This document shows, piece by piece, positions 37,531 through 47,716 of a stretch of 64,000 nt of DNA. Position 1 is the stretch's first letter, and each line of letters opens with the position of its first letter. The stretch is taken from NCBI GenBank assembly GCA_964291675.2, contig OZ219866.1, positions 2,400,001 to 2,464,000 on the forward strand, in the 5' to 3' direction. The position numbers were made by a program, and so were the translations under genes. Source of the DNA: Alphaproteobacteria bacterium. GTDB taxonomy: Bacteria; Pseudomonadota; Alphaproteobacteria; MPNO01. Under the pieces are notes generated by a model. That model ran no database searches. It was not told the DNA's origin and was given only the letters and a program-made list of their open reading frames with translations.

Positions 37531-39858
37531 CTAGTTTCTGAGCGGCTTGCCGGTCTCCAGCATGTGCTCCATGCGGGCGATGGTGGCCGGCATGCGGATC
37601 AGGGCGAGGATCGCCTGGCGCTCCAGCTCCGAGAGCCGCGCCTCCGGGATGTCCCGGGTCGCGTCGGTGTCGCCGCCCGTCAGCACCGTCCCCAGACGGT
37701 CCACCACCTCGAGGTCGTGGGCCGTCGCCTTGCCGGTCTTGGCGAGCCCCTTGACCGCCATCTTGAGCGCGATGCGCCCGGTCTTGCCCGGCAGCCTGAT
37801 AGTCGCGGGCTCGGGCGCGGCATAGCCCTCGGCGAGCGCCAGCGCCCTCGCCCTGGCATCCGCCAGCAGGCGGTCGCGGTTGGCGCTGATGCCGTCGCCG
37901 TCGCGCAGGAAGCCGAGCTTGCGGGCCTCCTTCGCCGAGCGCGACACCTTGGCGAGGCCGATGGTCTCGAACGCCCTGGATATCGCCGTCATCGGACCGC
38001 CGAGCCCGGGGCCCTTCGCGGCGAGCCCGCGCAGCATCATCTCCTTGCAGCCGCCCCATCCCGGGACGATGCCGACGCCCGCCTCGACCAGCCCGATATA
38101 GCTCTCGGCGTGGGCCTGCACGGCATCGCAGTGCAGCAGGACCTCGCAGCCGCCGCCGAGCGCCATGCCGGAGGGCGCGCCGACCACCGGGAAGGGCGCG
38201 AATTTGAGCGCGTTGAAGGCGTCCTGGCCTCCCTTCAGCGTCTCCTCGATCATCGGCCAGGCGCCGACATTGAGGGCGAACAGGGCAAGGCCGAGATTCA
38301 TCCCGACCGAGAAATTGCCGCCCTCGTTGTGGATCACCAGGGCCGTCATGTCGCGGCCCACGATCTCCACCGACTCCTGGATCAGCGCCATGATGTCGGG
38401 GTCGAGCGCGTTCATCTTGGAATGGAATTCGAGGCAGGCGACGCCATCCCCGAGATCCCACAGGCTGGCCGAGCCGTTGCCCGCGAGCCGGGGTCCGGCG
38501 CGCTTCACGTCCGACAGCAGGAGCACGCCCGGCGGCCGCGCCACCGGGGCGTATCCGCCCGCGACGGCGAAACGCTCCAGCCGGCCGTTGGCGGACCGGT
38601 AGAACCCGCCCGCATCGGCGGCGGCGCGCAGCAGCGCCGGCACCGCGCGGCCTTCGCCGTCGAGCCGGCCGGCGAACCAGGCCGCGCCCACCTCGTCGAT
38701 CAGCTCGAACGGGCCGCGCTTCCAGTTGTAGCCGAGGCGCATCGCGCGATCGACCGCCTCGACATCGTCGGCGATCTCCGGCACCAGCCCGGCGGCGTAG
38801 GCGAGGGTCCCCGACATCACCCGCCAGGCGTACTCGCCCGTCCGGTCGGGGAATTCGAGGAGCGCGCGGAGCGAGCTTCCGGCCTGCTCGATGCTCTCCA
38901 GCCGGGGGCGCAGCGCCGGCCCGTACTCGCCGGACCGGAGGTCGATGACCTGCTTGTCCCGCTTCCCGGAGTCCGGGTCGAGCCGGTAGAACCCGCCCTT
39001 GCCCTTGCGGCCGGTATAGCCCTCGGCGATCATCGAGCGGACGATCTCGGGTTCGCCGTAGACGTCGCGGAGCGGGTCGTCCGCCGGCAGCGCGTCCCTC
39101 AGGCTCCGGCCCACCAGCGGCATCAAGTCGAGCCCCACCAGGTCGATCAGCCCGAAGACGCCCGTCCTCGGGACCCCGATGGGGCGGCTCATCAGGGCGT
39201 CCGCCTCTTCCACCGTCACCCCGCCGTCGAGCGCCGCGCCGATGGCCGCGACGAGCCAGTAGGTGCCGATGCGGTTGGCGATGAAGCCCGGCGTGTCGTT
39301 GCACGCAACGACGCTCTTGCCGAGCTTGCGGTCGGCGAAGTCCGCTACGTCCGCCACCGCTTCGCCGCGCGTCGCCGGCCCGGCGACCGCCTCCAGCAGG
39401 CGCATGTAGCGCGGCGGGTTGAAGAAGTGGGTGATCAGGAAGTCCCGCGCGAACGCGTCGGGCATCCCGTCCGCCAGCACGCGCCACGGGATGGTCGAGG
39501 TGTTGGAGGAAACGATCGCGCCCGTCTTCCGTACCGGGTCGATCCGGCGATAGACCGCCTGCTTGACCGCGACCTTCTCGGTCACCGCCTCGACGATCCA
39601 GTCCGCGTCGGCCAGCAGATGCAGATGGTCGTCGAGATTGCCGGTGGCGATCCGCTTCGCGTCGGACGGGTCCATGAACGGCGCCGGGTCGCCCTTCAGC
39701 ATCCTGGCGACCGCACCCTCGGCGAGCGCGTTCCGGTCGCCGCCCCCCTCCGGCACGATGTCGAGAAGGACCGCCTCGTGGCCGCTATTGGCGACATGGG
39801 CGGCGATGGCGCCGCCCATCAGCCCCGCCCCGATGACGGCTACCTTCTCGATCGGCAT
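37531..39858 (-). CDS. 3-hydroxyacyl-CoA dehydrogenase / enoyl-CoA hydratase fusion (HCDH first, FadN-type)
   Basis: VAVIGAGLMG, SSNTS, HFFNPPRY, DTPGFIANR, ALGGGCE, GLVEAGVG, GKPLRN end; TGATG overlap with the thiolase. Confidence 0.92.
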   Translation of the reverse strand: MPIEKVAVIGAGLMGGAIAAHVANSGHEAVLLDIVPEGGGDRNALAEGAVARMLKGDPAPFMDPSDAKRIATGNLDDHLHLLADADWIVEAVTEKVAVKQAVYRRIDPVRKTGAIVSSNTSTIPWRVLADGMPDAFARDFLITHFFNPPRYMRLLEAVAGPATRGEAVADVADFADRKLGKSVVACNDTPGFIANRIGTYWLVAAIGAALDGGVTVEEADALMSRPIGVPRTGVFGLIDLVGLDLMPLVGRSLRDALPADDPLRDVYGEPEIVRSMIAEGYTGRKGKGGFYRLDPDSGKRDKQVIDLRSGEYGPALRPRLESIEQAGSSLRALLEFPDRTGEYAWRVMSGTLAYAAGLVPEIADDVEAVDRAMRLGYNWKRGPFELIDEVGAAWFAGRLDGEGRAVPALLRAAADAGGFYRSANGRLERFAVAGGYAPVARPPGVLLLSDVKRAGPRLAGNGSASLWDLGDGVACLEFHSKMNALDPDIMALIQESVEIVGRDMTALVIHNEGGNFSVGMNLGLALFALNVGAWPMIEETLKGGQDAFNALKFAPFPVVGAPSGMALGGGCEVLLHCDAVQAHAESYIGLVEAGVGIVPGWGGCKEMMLRGLAAKGPGLGGPMTAISRAFETIGLAKVSRSAKEARKLGFLRDGDGISANRDRLLADARARALALAEGYAAPEPATIRLPGKTGRIALKMAVKGLAKTGKATAHDLEVVDRLGTVLTGGDTDATRDIPEARLSELERQAILALIRMPATIARMEHMLETGKPLRN

Positions 39859-40994
39859 CAGGCGGCCTCGAGCACGGTGGAGATGCCCTGGCCGCCGCCG
39901 ATGCACTGGGTGACCAGCGCGTAGCGCTTGTCCTCGCGGCGCAGGAGCTGGGCCGCCTTGCCGGTGATGCGCGCGCCGGTGGCGCCGAGCGGGTGGCCGA
40001 TGGCGATCGCCCCGCCGTCGATGTTCATCCGCTCCAGGTCGATCGACAGCTCGCGCACGCAGGCGAGCGCCTGCGCCGCGAAGGCCTCGTTGAGCTCGAT
40101 CACGTCGATGTCGGCCATTTTCAGCCCGGCCCGGACGAGCGCCTTCTCCGACGAGACGACCGGGCCGTAGCCCATGATCTCGGGCGCGCATCCGGCGACG
40201 GCGATGGCCTTGATCCGGGCGAGCACGGCAAGCTCGTTGCGCGCCGCGAACTCCTCGGTGCAGACCAGCACCGCGGCCGCGCCGTCGGTCAGCGGGGACG
40301 AGGTGCCCGCGGTGACCGTCCCCTCCGCGTCGAAGGCGGGTTCGAGACCGGCGAGAACCTCCGCCGTCGTTCCCGGCCGGATGCAGCCGTCGCGCTCGAC
40401 CCGCCCGTCCCCGGTCTCGACGGCGATCACCTCGCCGGCGAACCTGCCGTCCTCCCAGGCCGCCGTGGCGCGGGCGTGGCTCGCTACCGCCAGCTCCTCC
40501 TGCTCCTCGCGGGTGATCTGGTACTTGCGGGCGAGGTTCTCGGCGGTGTCGCCCATCGCCATGTAGGCGCCCTCGTTCCTCTCATAGAGGTCGGGGTTGG
40601 GTGCCGGGTTGAAGCCGCCCATCGGCACGCGGCTCATCGATTCCACGCCGGCGCAGATGAACGCCTCGCCGGCCTCCATGCGGATCGCGCCGGCGGCGAT
40701 GTGGATCGCCTGCATCGACGAGCCGCAGAAGCGGTTGACGGTGGCACCCGCGACCGAGATCGGCAGATCCGCGACCAGACCCACGATGCGTCCCAAATTG
40801 AAGCCCTGCTCGCCCTCGGGGAACGCGCAGCCGACGATCAGATCCTCGATCTCCGCGGCATCGACGCCGGTCTCGGCGATCAGGCCCTGCACCACCTCGG
40901 CCGCGAGGTCGTCCGGCCGCTTCTCGACCAGCGCGCCCTTGTGGGCGAAGTGAAAGGGCGAACGGACATAGCCGGCGATGACGGGCTGGTTCAT
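39858..40994 (-). CDS. fadA: Acetyl-CoA acyltransferase (thiolase)
   Basis: NRFCGSS, GVESMS, NEAFAAQ, GHPLGATG, CIGGGQG. Confidence 0.93.
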   Translation of the reverse strand: MNQPVIAGYVRSPFHFAHKGALVEKRPDDLAAEVVQGLIAETGVDAAEIEDLIVGCAFPEGEQGFNLGRIVGLVADLPISVAGATVNRFCGSSMQAIHIAAGAIRMEAGEAFICAGVESMSRVPMGGFNPAPNPDLYERNEGAYMAMGDTAENLARKYQITREEQEELAVASHARATAAWEDGRFAGEVIAVETGDGRVERDGCIRPGTTAEVLAGLEPAFDAEGTVTAGTSSPLTDGAAAVLVCTEEFAARNELAVLARIKAIAVAGCAPEIMGYGPVVSSEKALVRAGLKMADIDVIELNEAFAAQALACVRELSIDLERMNIDGGAIAIGHPLGATGARITGKAAQLLRREDKRYALVTQCIGGGQGISTVLEAA

Positions 40995-41050
40995 GGCGGG
41001 GTTCCTCGCGCTGTGTTGGCCGTCGGCCGCGCGCCGAAGCGGGGACCGGA

Positions 41051-41079
41051 AATATGGAAACGCTCTATTGTAGCGTCAA
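41051..41079 (-). promoter_or_regulatory. Sigma70-like promoter for the thiolase operon with an overlapping inverted repeat
   Basis: Minus strand TTGACG-N17-CATATT; ACGCT-N7-AGCGT dyad at 41060-41076. Confidence 0.5.
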
Positions 41080-41138
41080 GCCGTGGGACCATATCGACAA
41101 CGCCGCTATGCTCGCGCCAGAGACCGGGAGGGACCGCC

Positions 41139-42917
41139 ATGCAGACCTATCGCGCGCCGCTGCGGGAGATGCGCTTCGTGCTGCACGAGCTGCTGGACGC
41201 GAGCGCGCTTGCCGCGCTGCCGGGTCACGAGGAGGCGACGCCCGACGTGATCGACGCGATGATCGAGGAGGGCGCCAGGCTCTGCGAGAACGTGCTGCTG
41301 CCGCTCAACCGGTCGGCCGACGAGGAGGGCTGCCACTACGAGAACGGCGCGGTGCGCACGCCCGAAGGCTTCAAGGAGGCCTACCGGCGCTTCGTCGAGG
41401 CCGGCTGGACCGGCATCACCGTGGCGCCCGCCTATGGCGGCCAGGGACTGCCGGAGCTGGTCAGCGTCGCGTTCGACGAGATGGTGTGCTCGACCAACCT
41501 CGCCTTCGGCGTCTACCCGCTGCTCTCGCGCGGCGCGGCGGCGCTGATCGAGGCCCATGCGGCGGACGCCCTCAAGGACGCCTACCTGCCCCGGCTCGCC
41601 GACGGGAGCTGGTCGGGCACCATGTGCCTGACCGAGGCCCATTGCGGGACCGATCTCGGCCAGATCCGCACGAGGGCGGTCCCCGCCGGCGACGGCGCCT
41701 ATGCGATCACCGGCACCAAGATCTTCATCTCCGCCGGCGAGCACGACCTCACCGAGAACATCGTCCACCTGGTGCTGGCGAGGCTGCCCGACGCGCCGTC
41801 CGGCGTGCGCGGCATCAGCCTGTTCCTGGTGCCCAAGCGCAGGCTCGACGCCGACGGCTCGGCCGGCCCGGCGAACGGCGTCCGCTGCGGCTCGATCGAG
41901 CACAAGATGGGCATCCACGGCTCGGCCACCTGCGTGATGCATTTCGAGGCGGCGGAGGGCTATCTGATCGGCGCGCCGCATCAGGGGCTGCGCTGCATGT
42001 TCACCATGATGAACGGGGCGCGCCTCGGCGTCGGGCTCCAGGGCCTCGGCCTCGGCGAGACCGCCTATCAGAGCGCCGCCTCCTACGCCCGCGAGCGCCG
42101 CCAGGGGCGCGCGCTGAAGGGCGCCGCGGAGCCCGGGGCGGCGGCCGACCCGATCATCGTCCATCCCGACGTGCGGCGCATGCTGCTGACCGCCCGCGCG
42201 CTCAACGAAGGCGCCCGCGCGCTCGCCTACTGGATCGCGTTGCAGCTCGACATCTCGCGCAGTCACGCCGATGCGACGGTGCGCGAGGAGGCCGACGAGC
42301 TGGTCCAGCTGATGACGCCGATCATCAAGGCGTTCTTCACCGATTACGGCTTCGAGGCCGCCAACCTCGCCGTGCAGGTGCATGGCGGGCACGGCTATAT
42401 CCGCGAGCTCGGCATGGAGCAGCTGGTGCGCGATGCGCGGATCGGCCAGATCTACGAGGGGGCGAACGGTATCCAGGCGCTCGACCTCGTCGGCCGCAAG
42501 CTGCCCCGGCGGGCCGGGCGCTTCCTGCGGCATTTCTTCCACCCCGCGCTCGCCTTCGTAGACGAGAACCGCGACGACCCGGCGCTCGGCGATATCGTCC
42601 GACCGGTGGAAATGGCGCTCGGCCAGCTCCAGGCGGCGACGCTCGCCGTCGCCCAGCGCGGGCTGGGCGATCCCGAGGAGGCGGGCGCGGCGGCGTCCGA
42701 CTATCTGAAGATGTTCGGGCTGGTGGCGGTGGGCTTCATGTGGTGCCGCATGGCGAAGCTCGCGTCCGAGAAGCGGAACGGCGATGCGTTCTACGAGTCC
42801 AAGCTCAAGACCGCCCGCTTCTACGTGAAGAAGGTCCTGCCCGACTCGGCCGCGCTCTACCTCAAGATCATGGCCGGCAAGTCGACCGTCATGGCGCACG
42901 CCGCCGAGGAGTTCTGA
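41139..42917 (+). CDS. Acyl-CoA dehydrogenase (about 590 aa, C-terminal domain type)
   Basis: TMCLTEAHCGTDL, GTKIFIS, EHKMGIHGS, IYEGANGIQALDL; GGAGG SD. Confidence 0.93.
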   Translation: MQTYRAPLREMRFVLHELLDASALAALPGHEEATPDVIDAMIEEGARLCENVLLPLNRSADEEGCHYENGAVRTPEGFKEAYRRFVEAGWTGITVAPAYGGQGLPELVSVAFDEMVCSTNLAFGVYPLLSRGAAALIEAHAADALKDAYLPRLADGSWSGTMCLTEAHCGTDLGQIRTRAVPAGDGAYAITGTKIFISAGEHDLTENIVHLVLARLPDAPSGVRGISLFLVPKRRLDADGSAGPANGVRCGSIEHKMGIHGSATCVMHFEAAEGYLIGAPHQGLRCMFTMMNGARLGVGLQGLGLGETAYQSAASYARERRQGRALKGAAEPGAAADPIIVHPDVRRMLLTARALNEGARALAYWIALQLDISRSHADATVREEADELVQLMTPIIKAFFTDYGFEAANLAVQVHGGHGYIRELGMEQLVRDARIGQIYEGANGIQALDLVGRKLPRRAGRFLRHFFHPALAFVDENRDDPALGDIVRPVEMALGQLQAATLAVAQRGLGDPEEAGAAASDYLKMFGLVAVGFMWCRMAKLASEKRNGDAFYESKLKTARFYVKKVLPDSAALYLKIMAGKSTVMAHAAEEF

Positions 42918-42923
42918 GCGGGC

Positions 42924-44189
42924 TCAGGCCGCGGCGCAGCGCAGCGGCAGCGCCTCCAGGCCGCGCAGCACGATGGTCCGGCGGAAGCGCGGGCGGTAGG
43001 TGGCGAGCCCGACCGTCGCGAACCGCTCGAGCAGCATCTCCAGCGCGATCCGTCCTTCGAGGCGCGCCAGCGGCGCGCCGAGGCAGTGGTGGATTCCCCG
43101 GCCGAAAGACAAATGGGGTCCCTGGTCGCGCCCGACATCGAGGCGGTCGGGGTCGTCGAACGCCGCCGGGTCCCGGTTGGCCGCGCCCAGCAGGACGACC
43201 ACGTTGTCGCGCTTGCGCACCGGGAACCCGTTCACCTCGCAGTCTTCGAGCACGCGCCGGAAATCCGTCTGCACCGGCGAATCGAAGCGCAGCAGCTCCT
43301 CCACCGCGGACGGGATCAGCGCCGGATCGTCCCGCAGCCGCTGGAGCTGCTCGGGGTTGCGCAGCAGGGCGAGGATCCCGTTGCCGATGAGGTTGGCGGT
43401 GGTCTCGTTGCCGGCGATCAGCAGGAGCCGGAGCATGTTGAGGGTCTCGCGCTCGGTGAGGCGTTCGCCTTCGTCTTCCGCCTGCACCAGGGCGCTCAAT
43501 ATGTCGTCCCGCGGCTCCGCCCGGCGCGCCTCGACGATCGCCCGGAAATAGGCGTCGAACGCCCGCGAGGCCGCGCCTGCCGCCTCGCGCTCGCGCCGTC
43601 CGATGGTCGGTTCCAGCAGGCGCGCGCGCTGGGCCGACCAGGTCTTGAACTGCGCCCTGTCTTCCGGCGGCACGCCCAGCATCTCGGCGATCACGATCAC
43701 CGGCAGGGGCTGGGCCACCGCCTGCATCAGGTCGAACCCGGCGGGGTCGTCGATATCGTCCAGCAGCCCGCCCATGATGCCGCGGATCTTGGGCTCCAGC
43801 GCGTTGACCGTCCGCGGGGTGAAGGCCTTGTTCACCAGCGCCCGCAGCCTTGTGTGGTCCGGCGGGTCGAGGAACAGCATGGTGAACTCGTCGGGCGGCG
43901 GCAGCATCGCCATCTGCCGCGGCGACAGCGTGCCCTGGCGCGGGTCGTTGCCGAAATGCCGGTGGTCGCGCATGATCGCGTCCACGTCGCCGTGGCGGGT
44001 GAACATCCAGGCGTTGAGCAACCGGCTGCGATGAACCTGTCCGCGGGCGCGCAGCTCGGCATAGAACGGGTAAGGATCCTGCGCCATCCGGGCGGAGAAC
44101 GGGTTGTAGGCCACCCCGTCCCGCCAGCGCTCGCGCAGCAGCACGGTGCCGACGACCGCCGAACGCATTGCCTCGCCCAGTGACGCCAT
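42924..44189 (-). CDS. Cytochrome P450
   Basis: DPPDHTRLR, AGNETT, EELLR, FGRGIHHCLG. Confidence 0.95.
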   Translation of the reverse strand: MASLGEAMRSAVVGTVLLRERWRDGVAYNPFSARMAQDPYPFYAELRARGQVHRSRLLNAWMFTRHGDVDAIMRDHRHFGNDPRQGTLSPRQMAMLPPPDEFTMLFLDPPDHTRLRALVNKAFTPRTVNALEPKIRGIMGGLLDDIDDPAGFDLMQAVAQPLPVIVIAEMLGVPPEDRAQFKTWSAQRARLLEPTIGRREREAAGAASRAFDAYFRAIVEARRAEPRDDILSALVQAEDEGERLTERETLNMLRLLLIAGNETTANLIGNGILALLRNPEQLQRLRDDPALIPSAVEELLRFDSPVQTDFRRVLEDCEVNGFPVRKRDNVVVLLGAANRDPAAFDDPDRLDVGRDQGPHLSFGRGIHHCLGAPLARLEGRIALEMLLERFATVGLATYRPRFRRTIVLRGLEALPLRCAAA

Positions 44190-44325
44190 CTTCGCCTCCG
44201 TGGCCCTTCCCGGCGACCTGTCAGGCCATATCGCCGCGTTGTTGCCCGCGATGCCGCCCGGTATAGTCCGCCGCGAATCGTCAGTCGAGCGCTGACACGA
44301 AGAACGTCGAGGGAGAGCGCGTCAA

Positions 44326-45360
44326 ATGAAGAACCGCACACTCGCAGCCGCCGGAATCGCAACGCTCATGCCGCTCCTCGCGGTCAACGCCGAGGCCGCC
44401 GAACGCTGGACCTGCAACATCTTTACCGGGCCCAAGCACTTCATCAACAAGGCGCTGAAGCCCTGGGGCAAGCAGGTCCGCGAGGTCACCGAGGGAGAGG
44501 TCAGGATCAACTTCCTGCCGACCAGCGCCGCGCCGCCGCCCAAGCAGATCGACGGCATCGTCGCCGGCACCTACGATTGCGCCTTCATCTTCCACGCCTT
44601 TACCGCCAAGCGCGCCATCGGGCCGCAATTCGGCATTCTTCCGTTCATCAGCCGGGCCAACGCGGAGCGCGGTTCGGTCGCCTTCTGGCGCACCTGGAAC
44701 AAGCATTTCGGCCCGAAGAAGGAGTTCGAGGACGACGGCATCAAGGTCCTCTCCATGTACCACTTCCCCGGGGTCCATTTCTGGACGTCGAAGGACAAGC
44801 CGATCGCCTCGATCGACGACCTGAAGAGCCAGAAGATGTGGGCGCTCGCCGGCACCTCCTCGCGCACCATGAAGGCGGCCGGCGTCGCCCACGTGTCCGG
44901 CCCCGCCGCCCGGCTGGCCGAGTTCACCCAGACCAAGGTCGTCCAGGGTCTCGCCGGCATCACCCGGGGCGGCATCGTCAACTTCGCCGGCATCCAGTTC
45001 GCCAAGTCCGGGACCTTCACGAGCAAGACCATGATGGCGCCGTCCTTCGCGTGGATGGTGAGCAAGAAGCGCTGGGACGCGCTGTCGCCCGCCCAGCAGA
45101 AGGCGATCATGTCGGTCTCCGGCGAGAAGCTCGCCCGCGCCGTGGGCGTCGAGGCGGACAAGTTCGAGGACGTCGCCGCCAGGAAGCTGGCCAAGGCCGG
45201 GGTGGTCGAGGTCAAGGCGAGCGCGCAGTTCGAGGCCGCGCTTCAGAAGGCCGCGCAGCCGCAGATCGGCGCATGGCTCAAGCGGGCCGCGACGATCGGC
45301 GTGGACGGCGCCCAGGTGCTCGCCGATTTCGACAAGATCGTCGGCGATCTGGGCTCGTAG
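44326..45360 (+). CDS. dctP: TRAP transporter substrate-binding protein
   Basis: Signal peptide; TEGEVRI, LPF, PIASIDDLK, WDALSPAQQ; followed by dctQM. Confidence 0.88.
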   Translation: MKNRTLAAAGIATLMPLLAVNAEAAERWTCNIFTGPKHFINKALKPWGKQVREVTEGEVRINFLPTSAAPPPKQIDGIVAGTYDCAFIFHAFTAKRAIGPQFGILPFISRANAERGSVAFWRTWNKHFGPKKEFEDDGIKVLSMYHFPGVHFWTSKDKPIASIDDLKSQKMWALAGTSSRTMKAAGVAHVSGPAARLAEFTQTKVVQGLAGITRGGIVNFAGIQFAKSGTFTSKTMMAPSFAWMVSKKRWDALSPAQQKAIMSVSGEKLARAVGVEADKFEDVAARKLAKAGVVEVKASAQFEAALQKAAQPQIGAWLKRAATIGVDGAQVLADFDKIVGDLGS

Positions 45361-45405
45361 CCCGCCCGGGACCGATCCCCGCCCGGCTTCGCGCGGGCAT
45401 CCGGC

Positions 45406-45948
45406 ATGATCCGGCTGACCGATCGCATACACACCATCGCCAAGTGGCTGGCGGCGCTCGCGCTGCTGACCATGATGGCGCTCACGTTTACCGACGTGAA
45501 CCTGCGCTACTGGCTGGGCCAGCCGATCCTCGGCAGCAACGAGATGACCGAGTTCCTGCTGGGGGCGGTGGTGTTCAGCGGGCTGGTCATCGTCACCGGC
45601 GAGCGGTCGCATATCGTCGTCACCCTGTTCGAGCGGCTGCTGATGCGCCGGATCCCCGGCACCTATCGCTGGCTCGGCATCGGCGCCAACCTGGCCGGCA
45701 TCGTCGCCGTCACCTACCTGATCGCCAACTACACCGTGTTCATGCACGGCCAGGGCAACGAGACCGAGATCCGCCACTGGCAGTGGTGGTGGCTGGGCAC
45801 GCTGATGTCGATCCTCTCCGCCCTCGCGATCCTGATGGCGGTCCGCGCCGTGCGCTCGCCGCTCAAGGGGTTCGAGATGGAGGAGACCGGGCGCGGCGAT
45901 GACGGCGGCGGTTCGGACCGGAGCCTGCCGCCGAGAGATCCGATCTGA
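45406..45948 (+). CDS. dctQ: TRAP small permease
   Basis: DVNLRY..PILGSNE, HIVV; four TM segments. Confidence 0.88.
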   Translation: MIRLTDRIHTIAKWLAALALLTMMALTFTDVNLRYWLGQPILGSNEMTEFLLGAVVFSGLVIVTGERSHIVVTLFERLLMRRIPGTYRWLGIGANLAGIVAVTYLIANYTVFMHGQGNETEIRHWQWWWLGTLMSILSALAILMAVRAVRSPLKGFEMEETGRGDDGGGSDRSLPPRDPI

Positions 45949-47276
45949 TGGAAATCTCCATCGCCGCGTTCGTCGTGATCCTCGCGCTCAGCTTCGTCGG
46001 CATCCCGCTCGCCTACGCGACGCTCGCCGTCGGCTTCGTCGGGTTCTGGATCGTCCGTGGCGACATCTCGGGCGCGATCGTGCTGTCGGGGCAGGAGATC
46101 TTCGACTTCTCCACCCTGTTCGGGCTGTCGGTGGTGCCGCTCTTCATTCTGATGGGGACGCTGATCCAGCGCGCCAACATCTCGGACGAGCTGTACGAGG
46201 CGGGCTACGCCTGGGTCGGCAGGTACAAGGGCGGGCTGGCGATGGCCACCGTGCTCTCCTGCGCCGGGTTCTCCGCGGTCAGCGGCAGCTCGCTCGCCAC
46301 CGCCGCGACCATGGCGCGGGTCGCCATGCCGCCGATGCGCCGCTACCGCTACGAGGACTCGCTGGCTTCCGGGACGCTCGCCGCCGGCGGCACGCTCGGC
46401 ATCATGATCCCGCCCAGCGTGCCGATGATCATCTACGGCATCGTGACCGAGACCAATATCGGCTTCCTGTTCATCGCCGGGATCGTCCCGGGCCTGCTGC
46501 TCACATTGTCCTATCTCGGCGCGGTCCGCGTCCGGGTGATGATGAACCCGAAGCTCGGACCGCCCGGGGAGCCGGTCGACCGGCGCGAGAAATGGCGCAC
46601 GCTCTACAAGATCTGGCCCATCCTGGTGCTGTTCTTCCTGGTGCTGGGCGGCATCTATCTCAGCGTGTTCACCCCGACCGAGGCGGGCGCCGTGGGCTGC
46701 GTCGGCGCGTTCGCCTTCGCGCTCTCGCGCGGGCGCATGTGGAGCGTTCGCGAGATCGTCGAGGTCGCCGCCGACGCGGCGGTGATCTCAGCGCGCATCT
46801 TCATCATCGGCGGGGCGGCGCTGATCTTCGGACAGTTCCTCAACTTCGCCGGCCTGTCCGGCGCGCTGGTCGAATTCACCGACAGCTTCGATCTCGGCCC
46901 GATCACCCTGCCGCTGGTGATCTGCGCCATCTGCGTCGTCCTCGGCATGATCTTCGAGAGCATCGGCATCCTGTTGCTGATCGTCCCGGTCTTCCTGCCC
47001 TCGCTCGAGACGGTGGCGGGCGATGCCGCCATCGACCCCGATTTCTATCTCGTCTGGTTCGGGATCGTCGTGATCATCGTCGTCGAGCTCGGGCTGATCA
47101 CGCCGCCCATCGGGATCAACGTGTTCACCGTGAAATCGGTCATTCCGGATGTCGAGCTGACCAGGATCTTCGCCGGCGTGGTGGCGTTCGTGATGGCCGA
47201 CCTGGCGGTGCTGGCCCTGATCTTCCTGATACCGGGGCTCGCGATATTCCTGCCCTCGGTGATGCCGTCGTTCTGA
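45948..47276 (+). CDS. dctM: TRAP large permease
   Basis: VPLFILMG, GSSLAT, GTLGIMIPPS, FTPTEAG, GLITPPIG. Confidence 0.93.
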   Translation: MEISIAAFVVILALSFVGIPLAYATLAVGFVGFWIVRGDISGAIVLSGQEIFDFSTLFGLSVVPLFILMGTLIQRANISDELYEAGYAWVGRYKGGLAMATVLSCAGFSAVSGSSLATAATMARVAMPPMRRYRYEDSLASGTLAAGGTLGIMIPPSVPMIIYGIVTETNIGFLFIAGIVPGLLLTLSYLGAVRVRVMMNPKLGPPGEPVDRREKWRTLYKIWPILVLFFLVLGGIYLSVFTPTEAGAVGCVGAFAFALSRGRMWSVREIVEVAADAAVISARIFIIGGAALIFGQFLNFAGLSGALVEFTDSFDLGPITLPLVICAICVVLGMIFESIGILLLIVPVFLPSLETVAGDAAIDPDFYLVWFGIVVIIVVELGLITPPIGINVFTVKSVIPDVELTRIFAGVVAFVMADLAVLALIFLIPGLAIFLPSVMPSF

Positions 47277-47282
47277 TCCGCC

Positions 47283-47621
47283 CTACAGATAGACCGGGCG
47301 CAGCTCCGCCGCCATCTTCGCCAGCCCCGGCGGCGCCACGATCGCCCCGTCGCGGACGATCCGCTCTCCCTCGATCCACAGCGACTGCATCGAGATCACG
47401 CAGTCGGGGTGGTTCTCGCCGCCGCCCGGGACCCAGAACGGCAGCCCCAGCCCGATCGCGTTGTAGCCCGCCACGCGCTGGTCCTCGATGAAGCACTTGC
47501 CGGTATAGCGCGCCGCCGGGTGAAAGCCGCAGGTGAAGTGGACGACGTAGCCGAACTCGCCGTTGCCGGCGCGCGCCAGCGCGCGGCGCATGACCTTGTT
47601 CTCCGGCCCGCCGCCGGTCAC
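47283..47621 (-). pseudogene. 3' fragment of an M29/leucyl aminopeptidase-like (NicX-like fold) metalloprotein gene
   Basis: HFTCGFHPAARYTG..EDQRVAG..GLG...HPDCVI..LWIEGERIVRDG resembles the family C-terminus; matching 5' fragment at 49371-49600. Confidence 0.7.
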
Positions 47622-47628
47622 CTGCGAG

Positions 47629-47679
47629 CCTCCGGGCGCCAGTCCATGGCAATGACGCGCGTCGTTGCCCGCCTGTCAA
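47629..47679 (-). promoter_or_regulatory. TTGACA -35 element and GGAGG SD in front of the 3' gene fragment
   Basis: Minus strand TTGACA at 47674-47679; GGAGG at 47629-47633, 7 nt before GTG 47621; the -10 element is weak. Confidence 0.45.
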
Positions 47680-47716
47680 AAAAGCGTAACCGCCGTGTGA
47701 GACCTTCCCGGCGGCC

